Counted from the stretch's first letter, positions 1 through 12,479 are shown. The stretch is DNA of 64,000 nt from Anaeromyxobacteraceae bacterium (GCA_047602405.1 JASGHJ010000002.1:1440001-1504000); one strand, 5' to 3'. A program made the numbers and translations. The notes: generated by a model from the sequence alone, not told the origin.

Positions 1-155
1 ACGCCGCCACCTGGGCCCGGCTCGTCCCGGACCTCGTGTTCGACGTGGGCGGCCTCGCGCTCCTCGCCTTCGTGGTCCGCGCCATCGCGATCGACCTCCG
101 GGTCCGCGCGGCGCGGCCGGTCGAAGAGGTCGCCGAGCGCGCGAAGGCCGCCTGA
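1..155 (+). CDS. 3' end of a membrane protein, possibly quinol-dependent nitric oxide reductase (partial)
   Basis: Frame from nt 3 reads AATWARLVPDLVFDVGGLALLAFVVRA...KAA* (TGA 153-155). It resembles the last helix of qNor (W-x-R...D-x-x-F-x-x-G), but only 50 aa are visible. Confidence 0.4.
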   Translation, partial: AATWARLVPDLVFDVGGLALLAFVVRAIAIDLRVRAARPVEEVAERAKAA

Positions 156-275
156 CGGCCGCCCGGCCGCCGGGCCGGCATCCGTGAAGCAGCATCCCGG
201 GGAGGTGGCCACCGCGCCGCCTCCCCGGGCGCGTTCCGGGGGGCGTGCCCAGCTTGCCCCGAGGAGGGAGGCCCC

Positions 276-767
276 GTGAACGCGATCGACCTGTTGACCC
301 AGCAGCACCGCGAGGTGGAGGACCTGTTCGAGGAGTTCGAGGACGCCGGCGAGGGCGCCCTGAAGACGAAGGAGCGGCTCTGCCAGCGCATCTCCGACGC
401 GCTCGCGGTGCACGCGGAGATCGAGGAGAAGATCTTCTACCCGGCGGCGAAGCGGGACGACACCGAGGAGCTGCTGCGGGAGTCGCTCGAGGAGCACCTC
501 GCCGTGAAGCGGCTCGTCGCGGACCTCGTCCAGGACGCGCCGGAGGGCGCCGAGCTCGACGCCAAGATGCAGGTGCTCCGGGAGCAGGTGGAGCACCACG
601 TCGAGGAGGAGGAGGGCGACCTCTTCCCGAAGACGAGGAAGGCGCTCTCCCGCGAGGAGCTCGAGGAGATCGGCGGCCGGATGCAGGAGCTCGCCGACGA
701 CCTGGAGTCGAGGGGCAGCCCGCGGGACGCCGTCCCGGGGCAGACCGACGCGCCCCCCAAGATCTGA
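276..767 (+). CDS. Hemerythrin (HHE cation-binding) domain protein
   Basis: QQHREVE, HAEIEEKIFYP, EEH and HHVEEEE motifs; GAGGAGG RBS upstream of the GTG start. Confidence 0.9.
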   Translation: MNAIDLLTQQHREVEDLFEEFEDAGEGALKTKERLCQRISDALAVHAEIEEKIFYPAAKRDDTEELLRESLEEHLAVKRLVADLVQDAPEGAELDAKMQVLREQVEHHVEEEEGDLFPKTRKALSREELEEIGGRMQELADDLESRGSPRDAVPGQTDAPPKI

Positions 768-805
768 GCGGACGCTCCCGGGGGGCCCCAGGTCGGGCGG
801 CCGGG

Positions 806-834
806 TTGCCCCGGGAACGGCGCGGGCTTACAAA
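806..834 (+). promoter_or_regulatory. Putative sigma70 promoter of map, leaderless
   Basis: TTGCCC-N17-TACAAA ending 6 nt before the GTG start; no Shine-Dalgarno sequence. Confidence 0.5.
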
Positions 835-840
835 CCCGGG

Positions 841-1842
841 GTGACCGAGACGGGTGTCATCGCGGGGTCGAGGCCGGGGCGGAACGACCCCTGCTGGTGC
901 GGCAGCGGCCAGAAGTACAAGAAGTGCCACCTCGAGGCGGACGAGGGCAGGGCCCCCGCGCCCGCGGGGGCGCCGGCACCGGCGCGCGCCCAGCGGAAGC
1001 CGCTGCGCGCGGGCCGGGTCTCGCCGATGCGGGCCGTCCCCGCGTCCGTCCCGCGGCCGGACTACGCCGCGGGCGGACGCCCGAAGGCGCAGGGCAAGGA
1101 CGTGAAGACGCCCGGCGAGCTCGCGCGCCTGAGGAACGCCTGCCGCGCCGCGGCCCGCGTGCTGCGGGTGGCCGGCGAGGCCGTCCGGCCCGGCATCACC
1201 ACCGATGCGCTCGACGAGATCGCCCACGCCGAGTACCTGCGGCTCGGCGCGTACCCGAGCCCGCTCAACTACCGCGGCTTCCCGAAGTCGATCTGCACCT
1301 CGGTGAACGAGGTCATCTGCCACGGGATCCCGGACAGCCGGCCGCTCGAGGCGGGCGACATCGTCAACCTCGACATCACCGCCTACCTCGACGGCATGCA
1401 CGGCGACTGCTCGGCCACCTTCCTCGTCGGCGAGGTCGACGCGGCGGGCGCGAAGCTCGTGGAGGCCGCGCGCACCTGCCTCGAGCTCGGCGTGGCGGCG
1501 GTGCGGCCCGGCCGGCCGATCTCCGACATCGGCCGTGCCATCGAGGCGCACGCCTCGAGGCAGGGCTACGGCGTGGTGCGCTCGTACTGCGGACACGGGA
1601 TCGGCGAGAGCTTCCACACCGCGCTCCAGATCCCGCACCACTACGACCGGAGCATGAAGCGGGTGATGGAGCCGGGCCTGACCTTCACGGTCGAGCCGAT
1701 GATCACCGAGGGGACCTGGCAGGACCTCCTGTGGGACGACGGCTGGACCGCGATCACCGCGGACGGCAAGCGCTCGGCGCAGTTCGAGCACACCGTCGCG
1801 GTGACCGAGGACGGCGTCGAGGTCCTGACCGTCGAGGCCTGA
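841..1842 (+). CDS. map: Type I methionine aminopeptidase with N-terminal SEC-C zinc motif
   Basis: GRNDPCWCGSGQKYKKCH (SEC-C), then CTSVNEVICHGIP, GHGIG, FTVEPMI and SAQFEHT MetAP motifs. Confidence 0.95.
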   Translation: MTETGVIAGSRPGRNDPCWCGSGQKYKKCHLEADEGRAPAPAGAPAPARAQRKPLRAGRVSPMRAVPASVPRPDYAAGGRPKAQGKDVKTPGELARLRNACRAAARVLRVAGEAVRPGITTDALDEIAHAEYLRLGAYPSPLNYRGFPKSICTSVNEVICHGIPDSRPLEAGDIVNLDITAYLDGMHGDCSATFLVGEVDAAGAKLVEAARTCLELGVAAVRPGRPISDIGRAIEAHASRQGYGVVRSYCGHGIGESFHTALQIPHHYDRSMKRVMEPGLTFTVEPMITEGTWQDLLWDDGWTAITADGKRSAQFEHTVAVTEDGVEVLTVEA

Positions 1843-1844
1843 GC

Positions 1845-1898
1845 ACCCTGGAAGGCCGGGGGTACCCTGGAAGGCCCGGGGAACCTAGAAGGCCCGGG
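1845..1898. repeat. Short imperfect tandem repeat (~19 bp x3) between convergent genes
   Basis: accctggaaggccgggggt / accctggaaggcccgggga / acctagaaggcccggg; the third copy overlaps the MCP stop codon. Confidence 0.6.
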
Positions 1899-4521
1899 CC
1901 CGCGCGTTCGCGGCCGCGCGCCCCGCGAGCCGCGGCGCCGGCGCGAGCGCTCCGCCGCGCTCGAGCCTGAACGAGCCCACCATCGCGGCGAGCTCCTCGG
2001 CCTGACCGGAGAGCTCGGAGGCCGCCGAGGACGACTCCTCGGCGCTCGCCGCGTTCTGCTGGGTGACCTTGTCCATCTCGGACACCGCCGAGCGCACCTG
2101 GTCGATGCCGCCCGCCTGGTCGCGGGCGGCCGTGGTGATGGTGCCCACGATCCCGCTCACCTTGCCGATGCCGGCGACGATCCCGGCGAGCGTGTCGGCG
2201 ACGCGGTGGGAGGCGGCCTCGCCCTCGCCGGCCTCGGCGACCGACTGCCGGATGAGCGCCTCGGTCCGCTGCGCGGCGTCCTTCGCCCGGAGCGCGAGCG
2301 AGCGGACCTCCTCGGCGACGACCGCGAACCCGCGGCCCGCCTCGCCGGCACGGGCCGCCTCGACGGCGGCGTTGAGCGCGAGGAGGTTGGTCTGGAAGGC
2401 GATCTCCGAGACGTCCCGGATGATCTGCCCGGTGCCCTCGGCGGACGCCCGGATCCGCTGCATGGTCCCCTGGAGCGCCTGGACCGCGGCGGTGCCCTGG
2501 CCGGCGGCGTCGCGGGTGGAGGCGGCGAGGCCGTTGGCCTCCTCGGCGCTCCGGGCGGAGGCGCGGGTCTGCTCGGCGACCGACTCGAGCGACGCGCCGG
2601 TCTCCACGAGGGAGGCGGCCTGCTCGGAGGCGCCGGTGGCGACCGCCTGGGCGGAGGCGGCGATCTGCGAGGAGGCCGACGAGACCTGCTCGACCGCGGC
2701 CGCCACCTGGGCGAGCGCGTCGTGCAGGGCGCCGGCGGTGGCGTTCACCGCCTCCTTCATGCGGGCGTGGTCGCCGCGGAACTCGCCGCGGACCCGGGCG
2801 CGCAGGTCCCGCGCCGCGAGCGTCTCGAGCACGGCCGAGGACTCCGTCACGGGCGCGATGACCGCGTCGAGCGTGGCGTTCACGCCCTCGACGATCCGGC
2901 GCCAGTCGCCGGCGTGGGCGGAGGCGTCGGCGCGCACCGAGAGGCGGCCGGCGACGGCTGCGTCCACGAGCGCGCGGGTGTCCGCGACGAGCCGGTTCAC
3001 GGCGGCGATGCAGCCGTCGAGGTTGCGCTTCAGCGCGGAGAGGTCGCCGGGGAAGGCGCCCTCGATGGCGCCGGGGATCTCGCCCCGCGCGATGCCGTCG
3101 ACCGCGCGCGCGGCCGCCTCGAGGGGGCCGACCACCGCGTCGAGCGTGCGGTTCATGCCGTCCACGATGCGGCGGAACTCCCCGGGGTGGCGGGTGGAGT
3201 CCGCGCGCACGTGGAGCTTCCCGGCCGCGCCGGCCTCGGCGAGCCCGTTCACGTCTGCGACGAGCGCGTTCACCGCCTCGATGCAGGCGTTGAGGTTCTT
3301 CTCCATGGCCGCGAAGTCGCCGCGGGAGGTCTCGGGGACCCGCGCCGGGATCTCGCCGCGGGCGATGGCGTCGACGGTGGCGGCGGCGCGCTCGATGGGG
3401 CCGACCACGGCGTCCAGCGTCCGGTTCACGCCGTCGACGATCCGGCGGTACTCGCCCTGGTGGCGGGAGGCGTCGGCGCGGGTCCTGAGGCGCCCCTCGG
3501 TGCCCGCCTCGGCGAGCGCGGTCACGTCGGCCGCGAGCGCGGTCACGCCGTCGATGCAGCCGTTGAGGCTGCGCTGGATGCGGTCGAAGTCACCGCGGAG
3601 CGCCTCGTCGAGGCGAGGGGGGAGCTCGCCGCGCCCGAGCCGCTCGAGGTGGTCCACCGTGAGCCGGACCGGGCGCTCGTAGGCGTCGAGGATCTCGTTC
3701 ATGCCCCGGACGATCGGGCCGAACTCGGCGCTCATGCGGGAGGCGTCGCCGCGGACGTCGAGGCGGCCCTCGGCGACGGAGGAGGTGAGCCGGCCCGCCT
3801 CCGCGGACAGGAAGGCGAGGGGGCGGGTGATCGAGCGGCCGAGCCAGAACGCGAGGCCGGCGGCCGGCAGGAGCGTGAGGGCGACGGTGAGGAGGATCGC
3901 GTAGAGGGCCTCCCGGCGCGCCTGCTCGGTGGCGGCGCGCTTCGCCGCGACCAGGGTGTCGATGTCGTCGACGTAGTTGCCCGTGCCCACCACCCAGCCG
4001 AACGGCTCGAAGGCGAGGGAGTAGCCGCGCTTCGGGAGCGCCTTGCCGCCCTCGGCGCGGGGGAACGCGTAGTCGGTGTAGCCGCCGCCGGGCTTGCGCC
4101 CGTTCTCGAGGATGGCGCGGACGAGGGGGAAGCCGTTCGCGTCCCGCTGGTCGAGGCGGCTCTGACCCTCGATGGGCCTGCCGAGGAGCACGACGTTCAC
4201 GCCGTCGTAGGTGTCCGCCCAGAAGTAGTTGCTCTCGCCGTAGCGCAGGCCGCGCAGGAGGTCGGCGCCCTGCTTCCGCGCCTCGTCGAGCGTGAGCTCG
4301 CCGCGCTGCGCGCGCGCCGCGAGCTGCCCGAGCAGGGAGACCGCGGTCTCGACCTGGCTGCGCGCCTCGCGGTCGAAGGCCTCCCGCAGGGTGCGGTCGA
4401 GCCCGGCCACCTCGCGCTCGGCGGCGTCGTGCCCCTGCTTGACCATGAAGCCGCCGAGGGCGGCGGCGACGACGAGCCCCGCGCCGACGCCGAGGGCGAT
4501 GATCTGGGTGCGGATCTTCAT
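1885..4521 (-). CDS. Methyl-accepting chemotaxis protein (Cache sensor, poly-HAMP)
   Basis: Likely start is ATG 4521 (MKIRTQII). TM-Cache (NYFWAD...[13 protein letters not shown])-TM, repeated HAMP units, and [34 protein letters not shown] signalling domain. Confidence 0.95.
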   Translation of the reverse strand: MKIRTQIIALGVGAGLVVAAALGGFMVKQGHDAAEREVAGLDRTLREAFDREARSQVETAVSLLGQLAARAQRGELTLDEARKQGADLLRGLRYGESNYFWADTYDGVNVVLLGRPIEGQSRLDQRDANGFPLVRAILENGRKPGGGYTDYAFPRAEGGKALPKRGYSLAFEPFGWVVGTGNYVDDIDTLVAAKRAATEQARREALYAILLTVALTLLPAAGLAFWLGRSITRPLAFLSAEAGRLTSSVAEGRLDVRGDASRMSAEFGPIVRGMNEILDAYERPVRLTVDHLERLGRGELPPRLDEALRGDFDRIQRSLNGCIDGVTALAADVTALAEAGTEGRLRTRADASRHQGEYRRIVDGVNRTLDAVVGPIERAAATVDAIARGEIPARVPETSRGDFAAMEKNLNACIEAVNALVADVNGLAEAGAAGKLHVRADSTRHPGEFRRIVDGMNRTLDAVVGPLEAAARAVDGIARGEIPGAIEGAFPGDLSALKRNLDGCIAAVNRLVADTRALVDAAVAGRLSVRADASAHAGDWRRIVEGVNATLDAVIAPVTESSAVLETLAARDLRARVRGEFRGDHARMKEAVNATAGALHDALAQVAAAVEQVSSASSQIAASAQAVATGASEQAASLVETGASLESVAEQTRASARSAEEANGLAASTRDAAGQGTAAVQALQGTMQRIRASAEGTGQIIRDVSEIAFQTNLLALNAAVEAARAGEAGRGFAVVAEEVRSLALRAKDAAQRTEALIRQSVAEAGEGEAASHRVADTLAGIVAGIGKVSGIVGTITTAARDQAGGIDQVRSAVSEMDKVTQQNAASAEESSSAASELSGQAEELAAMVGSFRLERGGALAPAPRLAGRAAANARARAF

Positions 4522-4779
4522 GCCGCGACCGGGTTGCAGGCGACGTGCCGTCGCAGGCCGAGGGTCGACCGGTCGAAAGCAGGCGGTATCCGGTCGCTTC
4601 CCGGGGGCGGGCGGGGGCGGCGTTACGTCCGGGTGGTATGGGACCGCCCCAGCGCGACCCAGCCCTGACCCGGTGCGAGGAGGTGCGAGCGTGGTTGCCC
4701 TCGTGCCGCGCCTCCGTCCATCATGGCGCGGACCTCGGCGCGCCCCGCGCCGGGTCCCTCGGAGGCCGCAAGGGACACC

Positions 4780-6457
4780 ATGAAGCTCGCGCTCGAGCTC
4801 GTCGAGGTGCTCGCGGTCTTCGTGGTGATCTTCTACCTGTACTGCCACTCGCCCGCGTTCCGGCCGCTGAAGCCCGACTGGCCCCGGCCCCGCGGCAAGG
4901 TGCGGCTCTACCTCGTCTTCACCGCCATCGCAATCCTCGGGAACTACCTCGGGGTGCCCGTCGTCGAGGGCCAGGCGATCGTGAACGCGCGCGCGGTGGG
5001 CGCCGTGCTCGCCGGCCTCGTGGGCGGCCCCTGGCTCGGGCTCCTGGTGGGCGTGACGGCGGGCATCCACCGGGTCACCGCGCTCACCGGCTCGGCCGCG
5101 CTCGCGGGGGCGGTCGCGACCACGCTCGAGGGCGGGCTCGCCGGGCTCGTGCACCTCGCGCTGAAGCGCCGGCCCGAGACGCTGATGACGCCGCCGGTCG
5201 CCTTCCTGACGACGCTCCTCGGGGAAGTCCTGCACATGGGCATCGTGCTCCTCCTCACGCGGCCCTACGCGCAGGCCCTCGCGATCGTCCAGGCCATCGC
5301 GCCGCCCATGGTGCTCGCGAACCCCATCGGCTCGGCGCTCTTCATGACCGTGCTGCGGGAGCGCCAGCGCGAGGAGGACGCGGTCGCCGCGGCCTCCTCC
5401 GCGCGCGCGCTCGAGGTCGCGGAGCGCACCCTGCACCTGATGGGCCGGGGCCTCCGGCCCGAGGTGGCCGCCGAGCTCGCCGCAATCGTGCTCGAGGAGA
5501 CCGGGGTGGGCGCGGTGGGCGTGACCGACACCGCGCGGATCCTCGGGTGGGCGGGGCTCGCGGGGGATCACCACCGCCCCGGGAACGCCATCGCGTCGCC
5601 CCACACGAAGCAGGCGATCTCGACGAGCAAGGTGGTGTTCGCGGACGGGGAGCGCCAGTCCTACGACTGCACGCTCTCGCCGTCCTGCCCGCTCGCCTCG
5701 GTGCTGATCGCGCCGCTCACGGTGAGCGGGGCGGTGGTGGGCACGGTGCCAGCTCTTCGAGCCCCGGGGGCGGCGGTTCCTCAACATGAACCGCTCGCTC
5801 GGGGAGGGGCTCGCGGCCCTGCTCTCGAGCCAGCTCGTGCAGTCTCGCTTCGAGGAGCAGAAGGATCTCCTGGTCCTCTCCGAGCTGAAGCTCGCCCGGG
5901 CGCAGGTGAACCCGCACTTCCTCTTCAACGCGATCAACACCATCGTGGCCGTGCTCCGGCGCGACCCGGAGCGCGCCCGGGGGCTGCTCGTCCACCTCGC
6001 CGGCTTCTTCAGGAAGAACCTCAAGCGCTCCACCGAGCTCTCCACGCTCGCCGAGGAGCTCGAGCACGTCGGCGCCTACCTCGAGATCGAGAAGGCGCGC
6101 CACGAGGGGCGGGTGCGGGTCGAGACCGACGTGGACCCGGCGCTCCTCGGCCTCGCGCTGCCGAGCTTCACGCTCCAGCCGCTCGTCGAGAACGCCTTCA
6201 AGCACGGCGTCGCGAACGTGCTCGGCGAGGGGCGCGTCACCGTGCGGGCGCGCGTCGGCGACGGGGGGCCGGTGCTCGAGGTGGAGGACACGGGGGGCGC
6301 CTGGAAGGCGCCGGTCCCCGGCAACGCCGGGCTCGGGCTCCAAATCGTCGACAAGCGCCTCAAGAACCTGTTCGGCGCGCAGTTCGGCGTCGAGGTCACC
6401 TGCGTGCCCGACGCGCTCACCCGCGTGTCGGTCCGGCTGCCTCCCCCGGGGGCCTGA
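4780..6457 (+). CDS. LytS/BtsS-family sensor histidine kinase (5TM-LYT, GAF, His_kinase); +1 frameshift near 5749
   Basis: N-terminal [16 protein letters not shown] membrane domain; C-terminal [13 protein letters not shown] and [12 protein letters not shown]. The frames join if one C at 5749-5750 is removed (GTV-QLFEP). Confidence 0.9.
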
Positions 6458-6460
6458 AGC

Positions 6461-7165
6461 GTGATGCGTGCGATCCTGGTGGACGACGAGGTCCATGCCC
6501 GCGAGGAGCTCGCCTCCCTCCTCGAGGAGACCGGCGCCTTCGAGCTCCTCGCGCGGTGCGCGAACGCCGTCGAGGCCATGCAGGCCATCCGGGCCGGGCG
6601 GCCCGACGTGCTCTTCCTCGACATCCAGATGCCGGGCATCTCCGGCTTCGAGCTCCTCTCGATGCTCGAGGACGAGGCGCCGCCGGAGGTGGTGTTCGTG
6701 ACCGCCCACGACGAGCACGCGCTCCAGGCCTTCGAGGCGCGGGCCATCGACTACCTCCTGAAGCCGGTGAGCCGGGAGCGGCTCGCGAAGACGGTGGACC
6801 GGCTCAGGCGGGGGCAGGGGGCGGGGCAGGCCCGGCAGCTGCGCGCGCCGATCCGCCGGATCCCGTGCCTGGTGGGCCGGGCGATCAAGCTCGTCGACGT
6901 CGAGGACGTCGAGTTCGTCCGCTCGAGCGAGGCCGGGGTGCACGTGAACACCGCCGCCGGCGAGCTCTTCACCGAGCTCACGCTCAAGGTGCTCGAGGAG
7001 CGCGCCGAGCTCGTCCGCTGCCACAAGCAGTACCTCGTGCGCGTGGAGCACATCGACGAGGTCGTGCTCGAGGACGGCGGCGCCACCCTCAGGACCCGCA
7101 GCGGCAAGTCGGTGCCCGTGAGCCGCCGCCTGCTCGGCCCGCTGCGCGAGCGGCTCGGGATCTGA
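6461..7165 (+). CDS. LytTR-family response regulator (BtsR/YehT-like)
   Basis: Receiver (LVDDE, FLDIQMP, FVTAH, DYLLKP) plus LytTR domain (RCHKQYLV, VPVSRR). Confidence 0.93.
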   Translation: MMRAILVDDEVHAREELASLLEETGAFELLARCANAVEAMQAIRAGRPDVLFLDIQMPGISGFELLSMLEDEAPPEVVFVTAHDEHALQAFEARAIDYLLKPVSRERLAKTVDRLRRGQGAGQARQLRAPIRRIPCLVGRAIKLVDVEDVEFVRSSEAGVHVNTAAGELFTELTLKVLEERAELVRCHKQYLVRVEHIDEVVLEDGGATLRTRSGKSVPVSRRLLGPLRERLGI

Positions 7166-7181
7166 CGCTCCGCGGCACCGC

Positions 7182-7232
7182 GCCGCTCACCCCCGCGTAC
7201 ACCGCCGCTCGCTGCCCGCCTGCGACCAATCG
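7182..7232 (+). promoter_or_regulatory. Putative LytTR direct-repeat binding site upstream of the lactate permease
   Basis: GCCGCTCA (7182), GCCGCTCG (7204) and ACCAATCG (7225) at 21-22 bp period; similar to the E. coli YehT/BtsR site ACCRCTYA-N13. Confidence 0.55.
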
Positions 7233-7328
7233 CCAGGAACCCCGCACGGGGCCCTCCGGAGGGTGTGACCTCGGGTCCGTCTCCCCACCGCCGTCGCTGT
7301 CGGACACCCCGCACCCCGGAGGCCCGCC

Positions 7329-8957
<1,629 letters not shown>

Positions 8958-8999
8958 GCTCCGGCACCGTACCCCCCGACGGTGCACCGGAGGCCGCCC

Positions 9000-9743
9000 G
9001 TGAAGGTCGCGATCTTCGTCCCGTGCTACGTGGATCAGCTCTACCCGCAGGTGGCGCTCTCGACGGTGCGCCTCCTCGAGAAGCTGGGCTGCGAGGTCGT
9101 GTTCCCCGAGGAGCAGACCTGCTGCGGGCAGCCCATGGCGAACGCCGGCCACGCCGGCGCCGCCGTGCCGCTCGCCCGCCGGTTCCTCGACGTCTTCGAC
9201 GGCTTCGACCACGTGGTCTGCCCGTCGGGGAGCTGCACCTCCATGGTGCGGACCCACTACCCGTCGCTCGTCGGCGACGACCCCAGGCTCGCGAGGGTGC
9301 GCGGCGCGACGAAGGAGCTCTGCGAGTTCCTCGTCGACGTGCTGAGGGTGGACCGGGTGCCGGGGCGCTTCCCGCACCGGGTCGGCCTCCACCGGAGCTG
9401 CCACGGGCTGCGCGAGCTCCGGCTCGGCAGCGGCAGCGAGCGGAACGTGGCCGCGCACGACAAGGTGGCCTCGGTGCTCTCCGGGCTCGAGGGGCTCGAG
9501 CTCGTGCCGCTGACCCGGGCCGACGAGTGCTGCGGGTTCGGGGGCACGTTCGCGGTCGTGGAGGAGGCGGTCTCCGGCCTGATGGGCCGCGACCGCCTCG
9601 CCGACCACGTCGCGGCCGGGGCGGAGATCGTGACCGGCACCGACGTCTCGTGCCTCATGCACCTCGAGGGGCTGGCGCGGCGGCAGGGGACGCCGCTGCG
9701 CTTCCAGCACGTGGCCGAGGTCCTCGCGGAGGCGCTGACGTGA
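9000..9743 (+). CDS. lutA: Lactate utilization protein A (CCG Fe-S oxidoreductase)
   Basis: PCYVD, QTCCGQP, SGSC, HRSCH and ECCGFGGTF motifs; GTG start at 9000. Confidence 0.92.
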   Translation: MKVAIFVPCYVDQLYPQVALSTVRLLEKLGCEVVFPEEQTCCGQPMANAGHAGAAVPLARRFLDVFDGFDHVVCPSGSCTSMVRTHYPSLVGDDPRLARVRGATKELCEFLVDVLRVDRVPGRFPHRVGLHRSCHGLRELRLGSGSERNVAAHDKVASVLSGLEGLELVPLTRADECCGFGGTFAVVEEAVSGLMGRDRLADHVAAGAEIVTGTDVSCLMHLEGLARRQGTPLRFQHVAEVLAEALT

Positions 9744-11116
9744 CCGCCGGACACCCCCGCGCCGCGGCGGCGTTCCTGAAGGACGAGCCGCGGGCCCACT
9801 GGCACGACCAGGCGCTCTGGTTCGTGCGGCTGAAGCGGGACCGGCAGGCCCAGGCCCAGCCGGACTGGGAGGCGCTCCGCGCGCGCGCCTCCCGCCTCAA
9901 GGCGCACACCCGCGCCAACCTCGCCGGGTACCTCGAGCAGTTCGAGCGCGAGGCCACCGCCCGCGGCGCCGTCGTGCACTGGGCCCGCGACGCGGCGGAG
10001 CACAACCGGATCGTGCACGAGCTCCTCGCCGCGCGCGGCGTCACCCGGCTCGTGAAGTCGAAGTCGATGCTGACCGAGGAGTGCGGGCTCAACCCGTACC
10101 TCGAGGCCCGCGGCATCGAGGTGGTCGACACCGACCTCGGCGAGCGGATCGTGCAGCTCGCGGGGGAGCACCCCTCGCACATCGTCCTGCCCGCCATCCA
10201 CAGGAAGAAGGAGGAGATTGGCACGCTCTTCGAGCACCACCTCCACACCGAGCGGGGCAACGCCGACCCGACCTACCTCACCCGCGCCGCCCGGGCCCAC
10301 CTGCGCGAGAAGTTCCTCACCGCCCAGGCCGGCCTCACCGGCGTGAACTTCGGGGTCGCGGAGAACGGCGCGGTGGTGGTCTGCACGAACGAGGGCAACG
10401 CGGACATGGGCACCCACCTGCCCCCGGTCCACATCGCCTGCATGGGCGTCGAGAAGCTCGTGCCGCGCGCCGAGGATCTCGCGGTCTTCGTCCGCCTCCT
10501 CGCGCGGTCCGCGACGGGCCAGCCCATCACGACCTACACCAGCCACTTCCAGGGGCCGCGGCCGGGCGGCGAGCTGCACGTCGTCATCGTCGACAACGGC
10601 CGCTCCCGCCTCCTCGCGGAGGAGGCCTTCCGCGAGGCGCTCGCGTGCATCCGCTGCGGCGCCTGCATGAACACCTGCCCGGTGTTCCGGCGCACCGGGG
10701 GCCACAGCTACGGCTGGACCATCCCCGGGCCCATCGGCTCGGTGCTCGCGGCGGGCCGGGACCCGGCGGCGCACGCGTCCCTGCCGTTCGCCTCCAGCCT
10801 CTGCGGCTCGTGTGACGACGTCTGCCCGGTGAAGATCCCGCTCCACGAGCAGCTCCTCGAGCGGCGCAAGCAGCTCGTCGCCCTCGGCCACGACCCGGGC
10901 TGGAAGCGGGTCGCGATGCGGTTCATGGGCTGGGTGTTCGCCTCGCCGGCGCGCTACGGGTGGGCCGGGCGGCTCGGCCGGCTCGCGCTGCGGGTGCTCC
11001 CGCGGGCCCTCCTGAACGTCCGGTGGAACGCGTGGGCGCGGCAGCGGGAGCTCCCGCCCGCGCCGCCGAAGAGTTTCCGCGAGCTCTGGCGAGAGGGGGC
11101 CGGCCGTGGCCGCTGA
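9740..11116 (+). CDS. lutB: Lactate utilization protein B (LUD + 4Fe-4S)
   Basis: VKSKSMLTEE, TDLGE, PSHIVLPAIH, NEGN, CIRCGACMNTCP and SSLCGSCDDVCP; GTGA overlap with lutA. Confidence 0.93.
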   Translation: MTAGHPRAAAAFLKDEPRAHWHDQALWFVRLKRDRQAQAQPDWEALRARASRLKAHTRANLAGYLEQFEREATARGAVVHWARDAAEHNRIVHELLAARGVTRLVKSKSMLTEECGLNPYLEARGIEVVDTDLGERIVQLAGEHPSHIVLPAIHRKKEEIGTLFEHHLHTERGNADPTYLTRAARAHLREKFLTAQAGLTGVNFGVAENGAVVVCTNEGNADMGTHLPPVHIACMGVEKLVPRAEDLAVFVRLLARSATGQPITTYTSHFQGPRPGGELHVVIVDNGRSRLLAEEAFREALACIRCGACMNTCPVFRRTGGHSYGWTIPGPIGSVLAAGRDPAAHASLPFASSLCGSCDDVCPVKIPLHEQLLERRKQLVALGHDPGWKRVAMRFMGWVFASPARYGWAGRLGRLALRVLPRALLNVRWNAWARQRELPPAPPKSFRELWREGAGRGR

Positions 11117-11723
11117 TCCGAAGGCGGGCCGCGCGGCAATCCTCTCCGCGCTGCGCGCGGCGGCGCCGGCCGATCCCGGCCTCCCGGGGCCCGCCGAGGT
11201 GGCGCCCCCGCGCTGGCCCGACCACCCCGCGCGGTTCGCCGAGGCGGTCCTCGCCGTGGGCGGGTCGGTGGAGCGCGTCACGAACGGCGCGGCGCTCGCG
11301 ACCGCGGTCCAGGTGCTCGCCGCCGATCTCGGGGCCCGCCGGGTCGTCTCGGAGGTCCCGGAGGTGCCAGGCACCGAGCCGCTCGCCGCGCTCGCCGACC
11401 CGCACCTCCTCGACGGCGTCGACCTCGCCGTGCTGCCCGGCGCGTTCGCGGTGGCGGAGACCGGCGCGGTCTGGCTCCCGGCCGGGAAGCTCCCGCACCG
11501 CGCGGCCTTCGTCGCGGTCGAGCACCTCGCGCTCGTCGTGCCGGCGGACGCGCTCGTGAACGACATGCACGAGGCCTACGCGCGCCTCGGCGCGCTCGGT
11601 GCCTTCGCGGGCGCAGGGTTCGGCGTGTTCGTCTCGGGCCCGTCGAAGACGGCGGACATCGAGCAGGCGCTCGTGCTCGGCGCGCACGGCGCGCGGACCT
11701 GCCGCGTGTTCCTCGTCGGTTAG
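11106..11723 (+). CDS. lutC: Lactate utilization protein C (LUD domain)
   Basis: AVAETGAV and SGPSKTADIEQALVLGAHG motifs. Confidence 0.92.
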   Translation: MAADPKAGRAAILSALRAAAPADPGLPGPAEVAPPRWPDHPARFAEAVLAVGGSVERVTNGAALATAVQVLAADLGARRVVSEVPEVPGTEPLAALADPHLLDGVDLAVLPGAFAVAETGAVWLPAGKLPHRAAFVAVEHLALVVPADALVNDMHEAYARLGALGAFAGAGFGVFVSGPSKTADIEQALVLGAHGARTCRVFLVG

Positions 11724-11808
11724 CGCTTCCGCCCAGCGCACCCGCCGCTCCGCGGCGGGTGCCGTCCCTTCCCCGGGATCCCTGCGTCCTTCCGCCGCGC
11801 CCCGCGCG

Positions 11809-11858
11809 CCCGCTCGCCGCGCGCCGACGACCGTTCGGCGCTTCATGCCCACCGCTTG
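11809..11858 (+). promoter_or_regulatory. Second putative LytTR direct-repeat site
   Basis: CCCGCTCG (11809), ACCGTTCG (11830) and ACCGCTTG (11851) at exactly 21-bp period. Confidence 0.55.
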
Positions 11859-11925
11859 ACCCGCGTGAACGACGGCGCGTCCGGGGTGTGCTCGGATCCC
11901 GCCCATACCAGCGCCGGGGGCGATC

Positions 11926-12477
11926 ATGCTCGAGACGTTCCGTGCCAGGGCGGAGGCGGTCAGCGCACAGGTGCACCGCGCCGCGGGGAGGGCCGAGGCC
12001 GTGGAGGTCGTGCTCGCGCTCCTCGAGAAGGAGGGCGTCCGTCCGGAGCCCGGCCGCACGGCGGTCTGGGCACAGGGCGCGCTCCTCGCGGGGCTCGACC
12101 GTGCGGCGCTCGCGGCGCGCGTCCCCGGGCTCGGCTTCGAGGTGACCCGGGAGACCGCCGCGGCGGCCCGCGCCGGGGTGACCGAGGTGGACTGGCTCGT
12201 CGCGAACACCGGGACGATCGCCGCGGCCGCCGACGCGGTCGCGCCCCGGCTGGCGGCGTCGCTCCCCGACGTGCACGTCGCGGTGGCCGCTGCCTCGCGG
12301 ATCGTGCCGGACCTCGGCGCGCTCTTCGCGCGGCTCGGGCCGGCGCAGACCCGCTACCTGTCGCTCACCACCGGGCCGAGCCGGACGGCCGACATCGAGC
12401 GGGTGCTGACCATCGGGGTCCACGGCCCGGCGCGCCTGCACGTCGTCGTCGTGGACGACGCGGAAGGGAGGGCCTGA
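11926..12477 (+). CDS. Second LutC/LldG-like LUD protein
   Basis: TGPSRTADIERVLTIGVHGP motif. Confidence 0.88.
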   Translation: MLETFRARAEAVSAQVHRAAGRAEAVEVVLALLEKEGVRPEPGRTAVWAQGALLAGLDRAALAARVPGLGFEVTRETAAAARAGVTEVDWLVANTGTIAAAADAVAPRLAASLPDVHVAVAAASRIVPDLGALFARLGPAQTRYLSLTTGPSRTADIERVLTIGVHGPARLHVVVVDDAEGRA

Positions 12478-12479
12478 CC

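Noticed and set aside
1845..1898. CRISPR-like repeat array
   Set aside because: Three adjacent degenerate ~19-bp units with no spacers and no cas genes.
4535..4550. Sigma54-like site (CGGCACGTCGCCTGCA, minus strand) before the MCP
   Set aside because: The GG-N10-GC spacing is correct, but the -12 element is weak and lies only 14 nt from the ATG; not enough to call.
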